A stretch of 64,000 bases of DNA, taken from positions 80,104,001-80,168,000 of the forward strand of contig OZ024742.1 in assembly GCA_964016885.1 (NCBI GenBank). The letters are read 5' to 3'. The notes beneath the pieces were generated by a model, which ran no database searches, was not told the DNA's origin, and worked only from the letters and a program-made list of their open reading frames with translations. This document shows, piece by piece, positions 59,402 to 64,000 of this stretch; within the stretch, counting starts at the first letter, position 1; each line of letters opens with the position of its first letter. The position numbers and the translations under genes are program-made. The stretch is from Eledone cirrhosa. Its lineage: Eukaryota.

Positions 59402-60700
59402 GAATGATTAGGTATCGAGAGAGAGAGGAGAATGGAAAGATGGTCGATACATATATTTAGTTGCCTATAGTTTATGCATGTGTGCTCAATACTCGTGCCT
59501 ACAGGGTTAAATATTAGAGGCGTCAGTATTTAGTGGGCGAGAGAAAATAAGCAGAGCGATTATAAAAGAAATGAATACAAAGAGCTTAAAACCGTTAAAA
59601 CATGTTTATATAATTGTGCACCTACGTACGTTTCGCCCTTAGCGGGCTTATCAAGGGCATAGAAAGCAAAATAATGTTCAGGAGGGAATTTACGGTTAAA
59701 TTAACATCATCACAGAGCATGGGGAGTAACTATGGCCGGTGTTCAAGCAATCAGTCCCATGTGGTTTTTAATGCCTGTTCATATGCTGGTGTTTAGCATC
59801 TTTATATTATATGTGTTGTTTCACTAGTGCCAGTACATGTCGGGTCTGGCGTGTCCATTTATTATTTAGTGGATGTTGCTTCACTAATATTTGTTCGAGT
59901 ATGGTCTGCGGTGTACATTTGGTTCCCAGATGTTTGTTCATACTGCATGCCTACCAGGGTGTTATGGTTCGAGCAGGAGGACCCAGTTCGTAGTTATCAT
60001 GACACAGTCGCCTCCCAGGCATAATACGACGCCTGTAGCCGGTGTTTACAATTAATAACTGATTCTGCTCGGCTGTTTAAGAGCTCCTGGGTTGTTCTTA
60101 TGATGTAGTACAGCTCCAAGAGGCAGAGCTAGCATTTCCCCCTGAAGCTGTAGGGTGCAGCCCTACTGACAATATCCCAGTGTGTGGAGAAGCATATGTT
60201 GGCGTCTTGCAATGTGGTGACGTAGTTGGCAAGCGATGTGGAGTACATTAATTTTTTGTTCCTGAAAGAGTGGAGATGCGTTCTAAATCTCGTTTTAAAC
60301 TGGACAGAGTTAGCTCCTATATAGTGTTTAACTCCGCTATGGCTAGTTACGGTGCACCTATAAACGACCTCATCAGTCAGGCAGTTTCCCCTGAGAGGGC
60401 AGCCTTCCCTGTCACGACAGTTGCATTTTCCGTCACGGTCGCTCCTAGTTCCCAAAATAAAGCTATTACTATTGCTATCTACGTTGTGCTCTATGTCTCC
60501 GTCGTTGTACTGTTATCTCTCGAGGCGTGCGGTGTTGTACCATTATTATTCCGCACGCCGCAGCCCGTTTTGCTGCCGGTTGGTGACGCGTTTAAGAATA
60601 CCTAAGGTAAGGTTACGAGTGATCTGTACAGTGGAATATTTCAACGTGTGGCTTTGGTAGACTTAACAAGTTGGGGTTTTCGCATGGGTGATTCCGGAAT
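59402..60700 (-). mobile_element. Penelope-like element 3' fragment (GIY-YIG ORF 60129-60455) with degenerate hammerhead at 59619-59659
   Basis: CNCRDREGCPLRGNCLTDEVVYRCTVTSHSGVKHYIGANSVQFKTRFRTHLHSF; terminus homologous to 8900-9120; minus-strand motif TTGATAA GCCC gctaa GGGC GAAA CGTACG TA. Confidence 0.88.
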
Positions 60701-61227
60701 GTTCCGAGCTTAGTAGTTATTGGAGTATTATTAACGAAGAAATGATGATTAACACATATATAATAGGGTTTTATTCCAGGCATTATCATTTGTTTCATCG
60801 CTTAGTATGCAATCGATTATGTCTTAAAGTCGTTATCGACAATAGTTTTTGAATATTGTGAAACTCGGTTTTAAATACAGCAGATACTGGGTGAATTATC
60901 AAATCATTGATACTGGAACCAGTGATACAACAGTTTTATACTAAATAATATAAACATGAGGATAAAAAAGTATATAAATTTAGGCAATCATACGTTTGAG
61001 GAGCAATAAACGATAGGATAGTCACTTGGGGAGGAAATAATATATGAGAAGTGAAAATTTCAAGATAAAATAATATGATATTAAAAACTGAAAAATAGAA
61101 AGTGAGATATACATAGCATGTTATAAGAATAAAATAAAATATTAATAGAAGTGACATTGTGAGTACGTTCTTAGATTTTAAGTAGGTGTGTTTTTACTCT
61201 GGCACTTGCATCTGATTGGTTAAGTAA

Positions 61228-61565
61228 TTAAATAATATAATAATGGTTTCTTATATAGGCACAGGACCAGCAATTTCGGGGTAGGGGAAAATCGATTAAA
61301 TCGACCCCAGTGCGTGACTGGTACTTTATTTTCTCGACCCCGTAAGGATGAAAGGCACAGTTAACCTTGGTGGGATTAGAACTCAGATCATAAAGGGCCG
61401 TAATTCTATACTGCAAAGCATGGCGGCCTACCCTCTACCGATACTCTCAATCCACCACCCTAACATAGTAATATAATAATTGTTCTACTTTTGGCACAAT
61501 GCCAGCAATTAATCAGTTCATTACTGGTACTTTATTTTATCGACCCGGTAAGGATGAAAGGCAAA
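61228..61565 (-). mobile_element. tRNA-derived SINE, one near-full copy plus one partial copy
   Basis: TCGACCC.GTAAGGATGAAAGGCA occurs twice; GATTAGAACTCAG (reverse B box); CCCTCTACCGATACT. Confidence 0.78.
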
Positions 61566-61734
61566 AATGATAAAGGTTAAGAATAGAAGAAGTTTCACAA
61601 CCACCACTAACTATTGTTGATAACGATTTTAAGACATATCCTATTAAACATATGTTAATATGTTAATGTTTGGAATACAACTCTATTATATCGCTTATCC
61701 ATGTTAATCATCATTTATTCAATATATATATATA

Positions 61735-61799
<65 letters not shown>

Positions 61800-62414
61800 T
61801 ATATAGAAACACACAGATACATGCAGACACATACATATACATGAATATATCCACATACATCTTTTAATTTGTGGTGCCAACCTCAACCGATGTTGCTCTA
61901 TGAATAGCTGGGACAAAATAATCCGAATGTATTAGATTGATTCAGTATCAGAGCTATATAATACATTATGAAGAGAGAAGAAACAGATATAATTAATAAT
62001 AAGATATACCATACCCAGATTCCTTCTTTACTCCTCGACTACGTAGTTTCGTTTAAAAATTATGCAAAAACGCTACATCACAGAGATATAGAATGTTTGT
62101 GAGGTCTGCCGACTTATCAAGAAGATACCTCAAGAAGAGTTTCAAAACACGTCCGTCGGATGCGAGATAGAATCTCGAAACGCATAGGGGGAGTCAATCA
62201 CGTGATACAGCGGTCAAGAAACAGAGCTAAGCCTCTTATAACCATGAAAAAATACCACGGGGGCGGAGGGAGTACTACTATCAAAGCGGTAGAAGAGGTG
62301 GCTAAGGTGACAGAGAAGTATGAGTAATGATAGCTTTCCAGCAGTCACTCCACTTCAAAGGTTACTCTACCAAAGGGAGTTATTAACAATATATAGAAAT
62401 ACACAGATACATGC

Positions 62415-62557
<143 letters not shown>

Positions 62558-62607
62558 TATATATAATCAACAACAAAGAACGCCTATAGCATATGCATAT
62601 CTTTACT

Positions 62608-62653
62608 TGCTAACATTGTTTCATCCGCACTATAAGTGGGACTCATCAGAGCA
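62608..62653 (-). ncRNA. Minimal type-I hammerhead motif (separate family)
   Basis: Minus strand: TGCT CTGATGA GTCC CAC ttata GTG c GGAT GAAA CAATG TT AGCA; lies ~40 bp from a (CA)n/(TA)n tract. Confidence 0.7.
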
Positions 62654-63054
62654 TAAAGTTTGATTACATATTACACAAGCAATAACAAATCCAAGACATT
62701 GAAGAAATAAAGAATAAAAAATAATAAATGATGAAAAATATTGAGGAAGTAAAAATAAAAATAAACATTGAAAAATAGACATTGAAAAATAATTGAAAAA
62801 TAAGGGGTGCTATCGGTCACAGTTGGGCGGGGTGCTGTCAACATACAGTTACATACAAACATACGCATGGATAAGGGAACAGACAAGAATAGATAAGATA
62901 GATAGGAGTAGGTAAGAATAGATAAAAAATAGGTGAAAAATAGGTAAAAAATAGACATATAACACATATAAGAAATATAAAAAAATATAAAAAACATACA
63001 TATAAAATATACAGATAATAGTGATACAGGGTAAGGAATGAAATAAGATAAAAT

Positions 63055-63265
63055 ACAATAAAATAAAATTAAAATTAAAATTATATAAAATAAAATATAA
63101 TATAATATAATAATAAAATAAAATAAAATAAAATAAAATAAAATAAAATAAAATAAAATAAAATAAAATAAAATAAAATAAAATAATGTGATATAAGATA
63201 TAATTAAATAGAATTAAATAAAATGAAATAAAATAAAATAAAATAAGATAAAATAAAGTAAATTG
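63055..63265. repeat. (AAAAT)n pentanucleotide repeat
   Basis: Directly visible in the sequence. Confidence 0.9.
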
Positions 63266-64000
63266 AGATAAGATATATATTTTTAGAATATATTTCTTGA
63301 ATATATCAGGGGCCCACGAAGGCCCTAAGTGTCACAGTTATCAGTATCACTTGACCATTGCAATGCAATGGAGACGTCCCAGGTTGGGCAGTCTCAAAAG
63401 TTCACACTCGAAAGTCACGGGTGTGCATTCACACAGTTGAGCGGTGGGGTAATCACAAACCGGTTCACACTCGGGCAGGAGTCCATTGGTCAACAGAGGT
63501 ATATCCAAGGAAGGTAGGAGAATTCACATGCAGCAGCAGGAGCATCCATGGGCGGACAAATGAGTGTTACAACGCCACAATGTAGCAAGCAAAATCGTTT
63601 ACCTCAGCATGAATATCAAGAGGCAGACAAGTGGGCTGAAAGCAAGCAGGTGCAGGCGGGCTAGCCGAAAGCAAGCAAATACAGTTGGGTTAGGCGGGTT
63701 AATATGCATACTCAACAGCGCATACAAAAGATATATAAAAAATAGCTTCAAGAGCCAATATCATGAAATCACCGCATTGGGACATCTCAAGATTATACAC
63801 ACCAATATGTTCTACACGTATATGCATATATACACACCACATGCATATGCAGAGACGGTATACATATATATATATATTTATATACAGACATATACAACCA
63901 CCTACACCCATACACATATAAATGTATACACAGACACACACGCACACACACACAGCGTAGGACACACCGGGTCAAAGCGGATATAATACACAGAAATATC

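Overview
AT-rich, microsatellite-saturated eukaryotic DNA. The (TA)n/(CA)n/(GA)n density and the SINE types suggest a mollusc, probably a cephalopod such as Octopus; this is inference only. No host gene is convincingly present, and the window is almost entirely transposon-derived. It holds a decayed full-length Helitron (77-~7140, minus) with a nested Chapaev3-like DNA transposon, a 5'-truncated Penelope-like retroelement (PLE) with RT and GIY-YIG domains (9540-12573), three GIY-YIG fragments of a second PLE lineage, non-autonomous Helitrons, a mariner fragment, an RTE LINE fragment and tRNA-derived SINEs. The most striking signal is about 25 minimal type-I hammerhead ribozyme motifs (CUGANGA...GAAA...UH) from about 8 sequence families, found by eye. 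They sit in short elements arranged as tandem repeats or foldbacks and bounded by (TA)n tracts. These include a 468-bp dimer and a ~500-bp five-hammerhead tandem/inverted array derived from the PLE terminus, consistent with a retrozyme-like, PLE-mobilised, microsatellite-targeted system. All coordinates and pairings were read by eye and nothing was computed or searched.
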